Below are positions 17,920 through 26,033 of a stretch of 64,000 bases of DNA, piece after piece. Numbering within the stretch: the stretch's first letter is position 1; each line of letters starts with the position of its first letter. Location: positions 13,671 to 77,670 of the forward strand of contig DATAWG010000122.1 of NCBI GenBank assembly GCA_036267355.1, written 5' to 3'. The position numbers and the translations under genes were made by a program. This DNA comes from Pirellulales bacterium. Lineage in GTDB: Bacteria > Planctomycetota > Planctomycetia > Pirellulales > DATAWG01. Under the pieces are notes generated by a model. The model was not told the origin of the DNA. It worked only from the letters and a program-made list of their open reading frames with translations, and made no database searches.

Positions 17920-18612
17920 TTAGCGCAACTGATAGGCAGCCACGTAGTCGACGTTGAGTTGCTCGCCGTTGGCGCTGCCGTTTTGGATGCCCAGCAGCGG
18001 CCGCATGACCGGGGCGGACGCAAAGCTGAACACCTGCTTGACCACCAGCAAGCCATCGATGAAGAATCTCGCTTCCGCCTGCGTGGCGCTGATCGGTTCG
18101 AACTGGGCCGTGAGCGTTTGTGGATCGCCGCCCGCCGGAGTGGAAGTGACCGTGGTCAGTTGCGAACTGCCGACCGAGGTCTGGCAGCCCCAGAGGTTGG
18201 TTCCGCCCTGCTTGAAAAACGTCATGCCGGTGTAGGAGGTCGCGGGGCCGCCGTTGTTTTCCAACAGGCTGGTCGTCGGGCTGGAAGTGTCCGAAAACCC
18301 GACGAGCACATTGGCCTGGTTCGCATTGGCTTCGGTGAACTGCACCAGCGCTTCGAAAACGATCGGTTGGTTCGCCTGAAACTGGAAGACGAATCCCGTG
18401 CCGCTCAAATACATGGCATCGTTGGCGGCCGCGGCGCCGGCGCTCGGCTCGATCATCAGCAGGCCGTTCGGCTCGGCGCCGACCGTCATGCTGCCCGTGC
18501 CCGTTTCCGACGAGGCCCAGCGCTCGCCGGCGACGAAATAATCGAAATCGTCCATGTAGCCGAACGTGCGGCGATACTTCAATTGATCCAACAGGTCGAC
18601 CAGCTTCGTCAT
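17920..18612 (-). CDS. Phage head-module protein of unknown role (230 aa, beta-sandwich-like composition)
   Basis: ATG with AAGGAA upstream. Lies between the protease/scaffold and capsid genes. No helices or motifs recognised. Confidence 0.55.
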   Translation of the reverse strand: MTKLVDLLDQLKYRRTFGYMDDFDYFVAGERWASSETGTGSMTVGAEPNGLLMIEPSAGAAAANDAMYLSGTGFVFQFQANQPIVFEALVQFTEANANQANVLVGFSDTSSPTTSLLENNGGPATSYTGMTFFKQGGTNLWGCQTSVGSSQLTTVTSTPAGGDPQTLTAQFEPISATQAEARFFIDGLLVVKQVFSFASAPVMRPLLGIQNGSANGEQLNVDYVAAYQLR

Positions 18613-18678
18613 GACAGGATTCCTTGATTGCTAGATAGAGTGAGCGAACGATTTGGTGGGGAAGCCGGACTCAGGCGA

Positions 18679-19665
18679 TCAGAGAGCCGTGATCCGCTGG
18701 GCGAAGCTCTTTGGATCCCCCGGCGACCACGGCAACTCTTTCGATTCGACCGAATGCTGGTCTTTGCTGGTCGGCCGGGCGGCGCCGAACGCGCGGGCCA
18801 GTTGCAGCCGCTCGAGAATCAGCCTTTGCCGGCCGGCGGCGTCGGCGGTCGCGCGCAATTGCTGGCGGAACAATTCCGTTTCCAGCGGACCGGCCACGCC
18901 CGCGGCTGTCAGCTCCTCCGAAATCTGGTGCTCCAAGAGCGCTGCGTCGCGCTGGGCACGCAATTGCTCCAATTCGGCGCGGAGCTGTTGAAGCTGAGCT
19001 AGCGCGGCTATCTCTTGCGCGCCGGCCGCCGGGCCGCTTATCGATGCCGCGGGTTGCCGGGCGCCATGCTCCAACAACAGCGATTCGACCAGATCGGGCC
19101 GATCCGACTTCAGCCGATCCAAAGTCAACTCTCGGATCGCCGATGGCACGGCAAGATTTTCTTCCGGCGGCGTCTGTTGACGTTGCTCGTATAAACCGCG
19201 TGTCGTCGCGGGGTCGGCCACCAAGTCGACGCTCTGCACCCGGGTGATTTCTTCGACCAGCAGGCCATCGTCGCGGCGCGATGTGCGGGCCTGCACATTG
19301 TGTGAAAAGCCGACATTCTCCGGAGCGTGCTCGGCGTCCCAAGCCAACTGTTCGGCCAACACATGCTTGGGATTGAAATGCAAATCGCCAAACAGTCCTT
19401 CGTTCGGCTTCAACGCCGCGCCGCGTATCACGCCAATCCGATCTTGATAATCGCGCGGTGAGAGCGGGCTTCCCTTGGGATGGTTTACGTTCACCTTGGC
19501 GCCTTCATAGAGCGGAACCGCTTTGGCCAATGCCTCGGGCAGATATTGCCGGCCGTTGCGCGACTGGAGGCCAAGAATCTTCACGCCGCGAATTATCCCC
19601 GCCTGCCGATCGACGCGCATCGCCACGTTTCGCGAATCGCAGAATTCCTGCAAGAGTTCGTTCAT
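18679..19665 (-). CDS. Putative prohead protease / scaffolding protein
   Basis: ATG with GAAAGGAA upstream. The N-terminal globular domain (GVKILGLQSRNGRQYLPEAL...VNVNHPKG...DLVADPATT) is followed by a coiled-coil tail (LAQLQQLRAELEQLRAQRDAALLEHQISEEL) typical of scaffold segments. Position is between portal and capsid. Confidence 0.6.
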   Translation of the reverse strand: MNELLQEFCDSRNVAMRVDRQAGIIRGVKILGLQSRNGRQYLPEALAKAVPLYEGAKVNVNHPKGSPLSPRDYQDRIGVIRGAALKPNEGLFGDLHFNPKHVLAEQLAWDAEHAPENVGFSHNVQARTSRRDDGLLVEEITRVQSVDLVADPATTRGLYEQRQQTPPEENLAVPSAIRELTLDRLKSDRPDLVESLLLEHGARQPAASISGPAAGAQEIAALAQLQQLRAELEQLRAQRDAALLEHQISEELTAAGVAGPLETELFRQQLRATADAAGRQRLILERLQLARAFGAARPTSKDQHSVESKELPWSPGDPKSFAQRITAL

Positions 19666-19810
19666 GCCATTCCTTTCCGTCGCGGATGCTCATCGCATCG
19701 AGCGAGCAAAATCCAAGAAAAAAAGCCCAACTACGGCGCTACCTTGCGACCGCAGTGGGCTTGCGCTCGAAACCGGGATCAATCGGCTCGAGACAATACT
19801 GATGTTTTTT

Positions 19811-19894
19811 GAAGCAGGCACACTGCGTGCCGACCGCCACGGCCAGGGGATGCTATGCAGCACACGCTACGGCACACGGAGCGTGCCCGCTACT
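19811..19894. repeat. REP/MITE-like element, 'GGCACAC..GTGTGCC' family, inside the phage-derived cluster
   Basis: GAAGCAGGCACACTGCGTGCCGACCGCC ... CTACGGCACACGGAGCGTGCCCGCTACT, immediately after the stop of the 19895..20077 gene. Confidence 0.75.
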
Positions 19895-20077
19895 TCACTT
19901 GTCGATGCGCTCGATCAAGCGACGAATGTGTTGGATCGTGCCATCTTGAATCGCCAATTCGATCGCCGCCTTGCCGTAAAAACCGCGGCGGAGCGATTCC
20001 GACAAAATTTCCGCCATCGCCGCTTCAAGTTGATCGACCTTCGTCTTGTTCGTCGGCGTGTCGCTCAGTGTCATCAT
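19895..20077 (-). CDS. Small phage-cluster protein (about 60 aa)
   Basis: Track ORF 19895..20092 (TTG); tandem ATG ATG at 20072-20077. Helical charged sequence downstream of the portal gene. Confidence 0.4.
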   Translation of the reverse strand: MMTLSDTPTNKTKVDQLEAAMAEILSESLRRGFYGKAAIELAIQDGTIQHIRRLIERIDK

Positions 20078-20107
20078 GGCATAAGTATACAAAAGTTCAT
20101 TACATTT

Positions 20108-21598
20108 TCAAGCGCCGAATTGAGCCACTCCCAGGGCATTCGACGCGCTTGCGTCGAGCGGCAAGGCGGCGGCGTCGATCTCGATCGGCTTTTGATTTTC
20201 GCGACGGCGCGCGGCGTGGGCCGCGAGGTTGGCCTGCTCTTGGCCGTAGTCCAAGCCGAGACGCTGGCTCCACGTTTGCGGCGATAGAATGCCGGCGGCA
20301 TTTTCGATCTGGAATCGCTGCGTCTCTTGCAATTGATCGCGGACGGCCAGCGTGGGCGCGACGCCCGCGATATCGATCGCGGTTTGCACTTCGCTCGGCA
20401 ACCGGCCGGCCACAACCGCATTCAGCACCACGCGCCACATCACCTGCAGATCGTCGGCCACTTGTTCGGCTTGCAAGCGCTGAAACATGCGCATCGCCGG
20501 GCCTTCGGCGATCATCGTCGAGGAGTAGTTGGCGTTCGAGGCGTCGGAGCTGAGCATGAATTCCGGCATTACCAGCCGCGCGGCGATCGCCCGCAGCTCG
20601 GCTTGCAAGATGGCCACGAAGTTGGCGGCATCGATGCCGGCGGCGGGAAAGTCGTAATCGACGTCGGCCTGGGCGTCGAGGATGGTGCCGGGCCCGTAAC
20701 GGCGGAAATTGGCCGATTGCCCGGTGACCGAATTCGTCACGTTCACATCGGCGCTGGCGGCGACGAATTGCTCGACCGCCCCGCGATTGCTGCGGTGATG
20801 CTTGCGAATCAGCGCGATGGCCGATTGAATCTCCGCCACCACACTCATATTGCGGAGCAGCTTTTCGGCGCGGCGAAGATTCTTGCGCACCGCGAAGTAA
20901 AGCGGCAGTCCGCGGCGAACATTGGCGTCGACATTCGCCTTGCGATGCTGGATCTGATCCGCGTCGATCGCCTGGCCGTCGACGTAGTAGGCCAGAACGG
21001 TTTCAACATCGTCGGGATCGGTGAGGACGCCGAGTCTGGCGGCCGGATTCGCTGCCTGATCGGGAGGAGTTGCGACCTGGCCCGGTTCGACGAAGCGCAC
21101 GCGAGTGGCGCCGTCGGCCGAAACAAAAAACCGTAGAAACACTTCGCCATCGCGGTCGCGGCGAAGCACGATTTCTTGTTGCCGCCGCTGCCAGTTGTTG
21201 GCCTGGATGAATTCATCGAGAACGGCTTGCACGGCCGCCACCCATGCCGCCGGAACCTGCTGGCCTTTCTTGGCGGCAGCGGAATAGGTGTGGCCGGCGC
21301 CGACGATGAAGCTGATCCGGTTTTCATGCCCATTGATCGCGAATTCGTTGCCGAGGGCCAATAGCCGGCATTGATTGCGAATTTCGCGAAGCTGCGTGTC
21401 GCTCGTTGGCCCCCAACCAAACGGAGCACCGACATCGGCATCGAATCCGACCGGGAGCCACGGCAAGCCGTCGACGTCGAACATCGCATCGCGCGGATCG
21501 ATGAAGCTGCTCCACAATTCTTCATAGGCCTCTTGGAGACGGCGCTCGAGCCGATTTAGAGTGGCGTCGTTACCCTTCAAATGGTTCGGCTGGGGCAT
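20108..21598 (-). CDS. Phage portal protein
   Basis: Track ORF 20108..21817; ATG at 21598 is preceded by GGAGGTGA. 497 aa, immediately downstream of TerL, with portal-like size and composition. Confidence 0.75.
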   Translation of the reverse strand: MPQPNHLKGNDATLNRLERRLQEAYEELWSSFIDPRDAMFDVDGLPWLPVGFDADVGAPFGWGPTSDTQLREIRNQCRLLALGNEFAINGHENRISFIVGAGHTYSAAAKKGQQVPAAWVAAVQAVLDEFIQANNWQRRQQEIVLRRDRDGEVFLRFFVSADGATRVRFVEPGQVATPPDQAANPAARLGVLTDPDDVETVLAYYVDGQAIDADQIQHRKANVDANVRRGLPLYFAVRKNLRRAEKLLRNMSVVAEIQSAIALIRKHHRSNRGAVEQFVAASADVNVTNSVTGQSANFRRYGPGTILDAQADVDYDFPAAGIDAANFVAILQAELRAIAARLVMPEFMLSSDASNANYSSTMIAEGPAMRMFQRLQAEQVADDLQVMWRVVLNAVVAGRLPSEVQTAIDIAGVAPTLAVRDQLQETQRFQIENAAGILSPQTWSQRLGLDYGQEQANLAAHAARRRENQKPIEIDAAALPLDASASNALGVAQFGA

Positions 21599-21641
21599 GG
21601 TCACCTCCTGTTTTGAGATTGGGTTCATCTTGTGAGCAGCA

Positions 21642-21704
21642 CGCGTGAAACCGCGAGCGAGCCTCCTCGCGGCCAGGGTATCGAAGCTCGCTTGCGGTTT
21701 CGCG
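21642..21704. repeat. REP-like hairpin, 'GAAACCGCAAGCGAGC' family, in the TerL-portal intergenic gap
   Basis: CGCGTGAAACCGCGAGCGAGC - 23 nt - GCTCGCTTGCGGTTTCGCG. The same architecture occurs at 27223-27287 and 25067-25129, with a half copy at 37722-37742. Confidence 0.8.
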
Positions 21705-21722
21705 TCGGCCGGTTCGAAAAAA

Positions 21723-23344
21723 CTAAACGCTGATCGGCAGCCGGTCGCCCAAGCCATCGCCTCGGCCGCGACGGTCGAACCACTCGGCCGCGAGGCGGAT
21801 TGCCATTTCGAGCGCATCGGGGCCGTCGTCGTGATCGGCCAGTGGAAATTCTTTTAGTTGCTCGACCAAGAGCCGCGTGCCGGGCGAGCCCGACTTGAAT
21901 TTGATTCGCCGGTTCGACAGGTACGGGCCGAGCCGGCGGATGCGGGTCTCTTTATTCACGCGGTTTTCGACGGCCCAGGGAACGATGCCGATCAGTTTTT
22001 GCCGGGCTAATTCGGCCGCGAATTCGCCGCCCAGCAATTCTTGGAATTGATTGGCTTCGATGCCGAATATTTCGGGACGAAAACGGCGGCAGAGGTCGAC
22101 GCCGTCGGAGACGATTTGCGGGGTCGGCCGGCGAACCAAATCCGCATCGACATAGAGCACGCCCAGCCGATCGACCGCCAACATCGCGAAGGCGGAATAA
22201 TCGCCGCGGCCCGATTCGGTCCCCTTGCTCGGATCGAGCGCCAACACTTTTAGCTGAACCACATCGGGCCAACGGTCGAACCAGAGCCAGTCGCCAAAAT
22301 ACGATTCGGGCCATTCACACAGTTCTGGATTGATCGGCACATTTTGCTTCTCGCGCTCGAATGCCGTTCGCCCGCCTTCGACGCGCATGCACATCAGCGT
22401 GTATAGATCTTCTTCCTCAGGCCAAAGCAGCATGGCGCCGGCGTTCATCTCGGCCTGATGGGCCGCGTAGAAATCGAGCGCGGCTTGCCGTGCGTCGGCG
22501 CGGTCGATTTCGGCATAGATGCGTTCCCATCGGTCCCATAGATCCATATGGTCGGGCCAGCGCTCGATGGCCTGAAAGATGCGCGATGTCCAACCGGGCG
22601 TGGCGTGCAATTCCATCGCCAGCGCTTCGCGGTGCAGGGCGGTGGCAAGATTTACCACGTTGGTGCGCTTGGTGCCGGCCTTCATCAACATGCCGTGGAA
22701 CCAGCGGCGCGAATGATCGCGGGCAAGGCTCGATTCGATATGCCGGTCGTCTTGAATATCGTCGCACACGATCAGCGTCGGCCGATCGGCGCGGCGGCGA
22801 CGGCCGCGGATGCGCTGGCCGGTGCCGAAGGCTTCGATCGTCACTCCATTGGCCAGCCGCACAGTGTTCTCGCGCCACACTTGTCCCGGTTCGGCCGCCT
22901 TGGGGTAGGCCGCCGTGAGGCGCGGATTGTCGTGCAGCTCGCTTTTCAGATTCTCCAGATGGCTGACGGCCTGGTGCTTGGCGTCGGACACGATCCAGAT
23001 ATACGGCTCGCGTGCTTCCACTGCGGCGCGGAGCACGAAGGCCAGCGAGCCGATCGTCGATTTCGCTCCGCCGCGCGGCCCGACGACGTTCAATTTTTGT
23101 CCGCGGGCCGCGTGCATTTCATCAAGGTGCGCCGCCATCCACCGGTGCATTCGCGAAGGGGCCAAGCGAACATGCTCTGGCAGAAAAGCGCGGGCCCAAT
23201 CGAGCAAGCCGGCTGGATGAAGACCGGTCGCCCCCGCATCGGCGGCCGCCATGCCGCGCTCGATCGATTCGCGCAGCAATCGAAAGCAGCGCTGGACCAC
23301 TTCGGGCGCGGCATCGCGGCGGCTGGGTGGCAAATCGTTTCGCA
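21723..23344 (-). CDS. Terminase large subunit
   Basis: Internal ATG (MRNDLPPSRR) of track ORF 21723..24020, 3 nt after the TerS-like stop. Walker A NVVGPRGGAKST, Walker B TLIVCDDIQDD. Nuclease motifs VLALDPSKG..DYSAFAM, GIEANQFQ, ADHDDGPDALEMA. Confidence 0.9.
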
Positions 23345-23347
23345 TGT

Positions 23348-23797
23348 CTATTTCTTTGCGCGGCGTTTCTTGGGCGGCCGATCGAAATCTTTGTCGGCCA
23401 GTTCGCTCAATCGAAGGAGTACCTGCTCGCGAAATCGTTTGACCGGCACTTCGCCGACAACCACCGTGCCCATCTCGCGAACGACTTCCGCGAGTTGCTC
23501 GGGCGTGATCGATTTTGGCGGCCGGCGGCCGTAACGATCGGGATACAATCGTTCCAAGGCCCAGGCCGAGGCTCGCCATTGCTTGGGGTCTTTCGAGGCT
23601 TGTTGGATGTTTCGCAGGAACGTGATTTCGGGCCCAAGCTCGGCCTTGCGAAGCTGATCGGCAAAGCCGGGTTCGCGAAGTGCCGTGTTGCGGATCGTTT
23701 CGACATGGCAGCCGACGTATTGCGCCGCCATGAGGCGAGTTCCGCCCACGGTGAGAATGGCGAAGACCTCGCGTTTCTTGGTCTCGTCTAGTTTCAC
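23348..23797 (-). CDS. Terminase small subunit-like HTH protein
   Basis: The GTG start (23795-23797) overlaps the upstream TGA (GTGA). [34 protein letters not shown] is HTH-like, and there is a basic C-terminal tail. Lies directly upstream of TerL. Confidence 0.6.
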   Translation of the reverse strand: MKLDETKKREVFAILTVGGTRLMAAQYVGCHVETIRNTALREPGFADQLRKAELGPEITFLRNIQQASKDPKQWRASAWALERLYPDRYGRRPPKSITPEQLAEVVREMGTVVVGEVPVKRFREQVLLRLSELADKDFDRPPKKRRAKK

Positions 23798-25011
23798 TCG
23801 GCCGGCTCTCCAGGCCCACGCGGTGCCGAGGAGTTTTTCGAGCACCCGTCGGCGTTCGGCTCCGGTCGGCGATGCCCGCGCGGCGGACCGAGATATTCGA
23901 ACGACACCACCGCGCGGCCGGCCGAACCGTGATAGCCCGGGGCAAATTTTCCCTTGCCGCGGGAACCGTTTTTTTGAACGTGGATCGCGCGCCACAGCGG
24001 CGACTCACGGCAATGGGCAATCAACGCCGGATGGCTTGCGGTCACGTTAAAGCGATGTCCTTGGGAGCGGTGCAAATCGCCGACCGACTCGGCCACGCGC
24101 ATGCCGATGCCGATGCCTTGGTAGTCGGGGAGCGTGACGATTCGCGAAATGCGCCAATGCCGCCGCCGGCCGATCACCGGCAGCGTCGCGCAAAATGCGG
24201 CCGGCGATCCTTCCCACATCGCAAGATGGCAACGAGCCATCGGATTCAACTTTCCGCTCAAATAATGATGCTTCGCAAACAAACGCCAGACACGGCGGTG
24301 GCAACGAAAGAGGTCGAGCTGGATCGGCGGTCGCTGAAGACACCTCCGTTGAAACATGCAACTTGACATGTCGAGCACCCAGTCGGGCGCGAGCCACTCG
24401 GTGACGTCGTAATGACATGTCACCGCGACAAACCGGCATGCGATCTTGCCGCTGCGAATGGCCTTGGCGACGGCCGCGGATCCGACCTTGGCAACCGTGC
24501 GATCGACGACGCTGGTGAACTCGTCGAAAGCGAGGATTTGCGCCGCGCCGTCGCCGAGGCCAGCCGATCCATCCGCCATCGGATCGGCCGAGCCGCAGCC
24601 CGCGAGCGCATGCGCCAAATCGCAACGAAACCGCTCGCCGCCGCTGAGCACGTTGTAGGGCTTGATCCAAGACGGCGGCGAACTGAAGCCGACGGCCGTC
24701 AGCAATCCCGTGATTTCGCGGATCGATCGGTCGCCGAAGCAATCCACTACGGCCCGATCGTCGGGCCAACTGGCGTGCTCGACCAATCGCGGCCCGAACA
24801 GCCGCCGGGCGACCGTCGTCTTTCCGCTTCCCGAGGGGCCGACGATCAATCCGATTCGCCAATCGAGTTCGCCGGTTAGATCCGGCACTTCGACCGAAAA
24901 GCGTTGCGACACCTTTTCCGCGAGCGGCACATCGAACATCCCGGCCACCTGCTGAACGCGAAAGGAATTGAACACCGGACATTGGACGACGATGTCGAGA
25001 GGCGTGGGCAT
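23794..25011 (-). CDS. ABC-type ATPase fused to a GNAT acetyltransferase domain (COG2401-like architecture)
   Basis: Internal ATG (MPTPLDIVV) of track ORF 23794..25092. Walker [13 protein letters not shown] signature [15 protein letters not shown], Walker [14 protein letters not shown]-loop VTCHYD. The C-terminal GNAT motif A is [19 protein letters not shown]. Confidence 0.75.
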   Translation of the reverse strand: MPTPLDIVVQCPVFNSFRVQQVAGMFDVPLAEKVSQRFSVEVPDLTGELDWRIGLIVGPSGSGKTTVARRLFGPRLVEHASWPDDRAVVDCFGDRSIREITGLLTAVGFSSPPSWIKPYNVLSGGERFRCDLAHALAGCGSADPMADGSAGLGDGAAQILAFDEFTSVVDRTVAKVGSAAVAKAIRSGKIACRFVAVTCHYDVTEWLAPDWVLDMSSCMFQRRCLQRPPIQLDLFRCHRRVWRLFAKHHYLSGKLNPMARCHLAMWEGSPAAFCATLPVIGRRRHWRISRIVTLPDYQGIGIGMRVAESVGDLHRSQGHRFNVTASHPALIAHCRESPLWRAIHVQKNGSRGKGKFAPGYHGSAGRAVVSFEYLGPPRGHRRPEPNADGCSKNSSAPRGPGEPAE

Positions 25012-25066
25012 GAAGCGCGAGAGATCAGGGGTCAGAGGGCAGGCCAGGTACGCAAGCGACGCGGAA

Positions 25067-25129
25067 CGCGCGAAGCCGCAAGCGAGGGTCATTCGGCGTT
25101 TGGCATGGAGGCTCGCTTGCGGTTTCGCG
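25067..25129. repeat. REP-like hairpin, 'GAAACCGCAAGCGAGC' family (degenerate left arm)
   Basis: CGCGCGAAGCCGCAAGCGAGG - 23 nt - GCTCGCTTGCGGTTTCGCG, just upstream of the first gene of the phage-derived operon. Confidence 0.65.
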
Positions 25130-25140
25130 ATTCGACTAGC

Positions 25141-25770
25141 GGTGCGTCACACTTGGGATCGTGGGTCGGTCGGGGGCGGCGAATCGTCCGGGAAATCGCT
25201 TTGGCCATCCCAAAATTCAGCGTTGACGCAACACTAGCCCGAAGCGTAAGCGAGGATGCGCTCCGTTGCGGGTCGCTGTCACGAACGCAGTCATCCAATG
25301 TGCGCGCGGCTTTGCCGCCGCGGTGAGACGATGCCGCCGTTGCGGGGCTCCCTCGCTAACGCTTCGGGTTAGTGTTGCGTCCCACTCGGGATCGTGGATC
25401 GGTAGTGGGGCGGCGAATCCTCGGGCGAATCGCTTTGACCATCCCAAAACCCAGCGTTGACGCAACACTAGCCCGAAGCGTAAGCGAGGCCGGAAGCCAG
25501 GACGGATGACACCTCGCAAGATTGCGACGCACGGCGACACTAGCCCGAAGCGTAAGCGAGGATGCGCTCGGTTGCGGGTCGCCGTCACGAACGCAGTCAT
25601 CCAATGTGCGCGCGGCTTTGCCGCCTGCAGTGAGACGATGCCGCCGTTGCAGGGCTCCCTCGCTAACACTTCGGGTTAGTGTTGTGAAGATGTTGGATCG
25701 TGGGTCGGAGGGCGGCGAATCGCTTTGACGATCCCAAAATTTAGCGTTGACGCAACACTAGACTAGCGTT
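25141..25770. repeat. Tandem array A of composite palindromic units ('TAGCCCGAAGCGTAAGCGAGG' family), about 2.5 units
   Basis: Repeated modules CGAATCGCTTTGGCCATCCCAAAA..CAGCGTTGACGCAACAC, then TAGCCCGAAGCGTAAGCGAGG, then a ~115-nt core, then CCCTCGCTAACGCTTCGGGTTAGTGTTGCG. Read at about 25190-25378, 25420-25490 (truncated), 25535-25685 and 25715-25760. Confidence 0.85.
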
Positions 25771-25819
25771 ATCGGCTATAAAACTGCAAAAAAAGTCGCG
25801 GATTTTTCATGTCCAATAG

Positions 25820-25843
25820 TGTACAAGCAGGCTGCTTTGTACA
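25820..25843. promoter_or_regulatory. Near-perfect 24-bp palindrome TGTACAAGCAG-G-CTGCTTTGTACA upstream of ruvB (candidate operator)
   Basis: Read directly. It lies 40 nt upstream of the 25884 ATG and 190 nt upstream of the preferred 26034 ATG. Confidence 0.3.
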
Positions 25844-26033
25844 GTGAAAACCGGAGCCCGCTACGCTCTGCTAGAATGCCCCTATGCCCATCAGACCAAC
25901 AGGCCTGAACCAAGGACCACTACAGGCCAGCAACGCACTTTTCACCGACTACCTGCCGGCACACGAGAAGGGACCACCACCCGGCGGCAGCGGTGACAGA
26001 CACCGCTGGCGGAAAACGGTATACTGCCGGTCA

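Larger units (their letters stand above)
10335..25011 (-). mobile_element. Phage-derived packaging/head/tail gene cluster (defective prophage or GTA-like locus), about 14.7 kb, 20 co-directional genes
   Basis: Contiguous minus-strand genes with TerL, portal, protease/scaffold and HK97-like capsid signatures and many 1-4 nt start/stop overlaps. No integrase, replication, lysis or tRNA/att features are visible in the cluster or its flanks. Confidence 0.75.

Noticed and set aside
16754-17923. 389-aa plus-strand ORF (and 16974..18056 on the minus strand)
   Set aside because: These are overlapping alternative frames of the capsid gene. Only the 16667..17848 frame has protein-like composition, an RBS and operon context.
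23345-24020. N-terminal 225-aa extension of the terminase large subunit ORF (track 21723..24020)
   Set aside because: The extension overlaps the TerS-like gene and the end of the ABC::GNAT gene in another frame and is Arg/Pro-rich junk. The internal ATG at 23344 follows the TerS stop by 3 nt and precedes the Walker A region at a normal distance.
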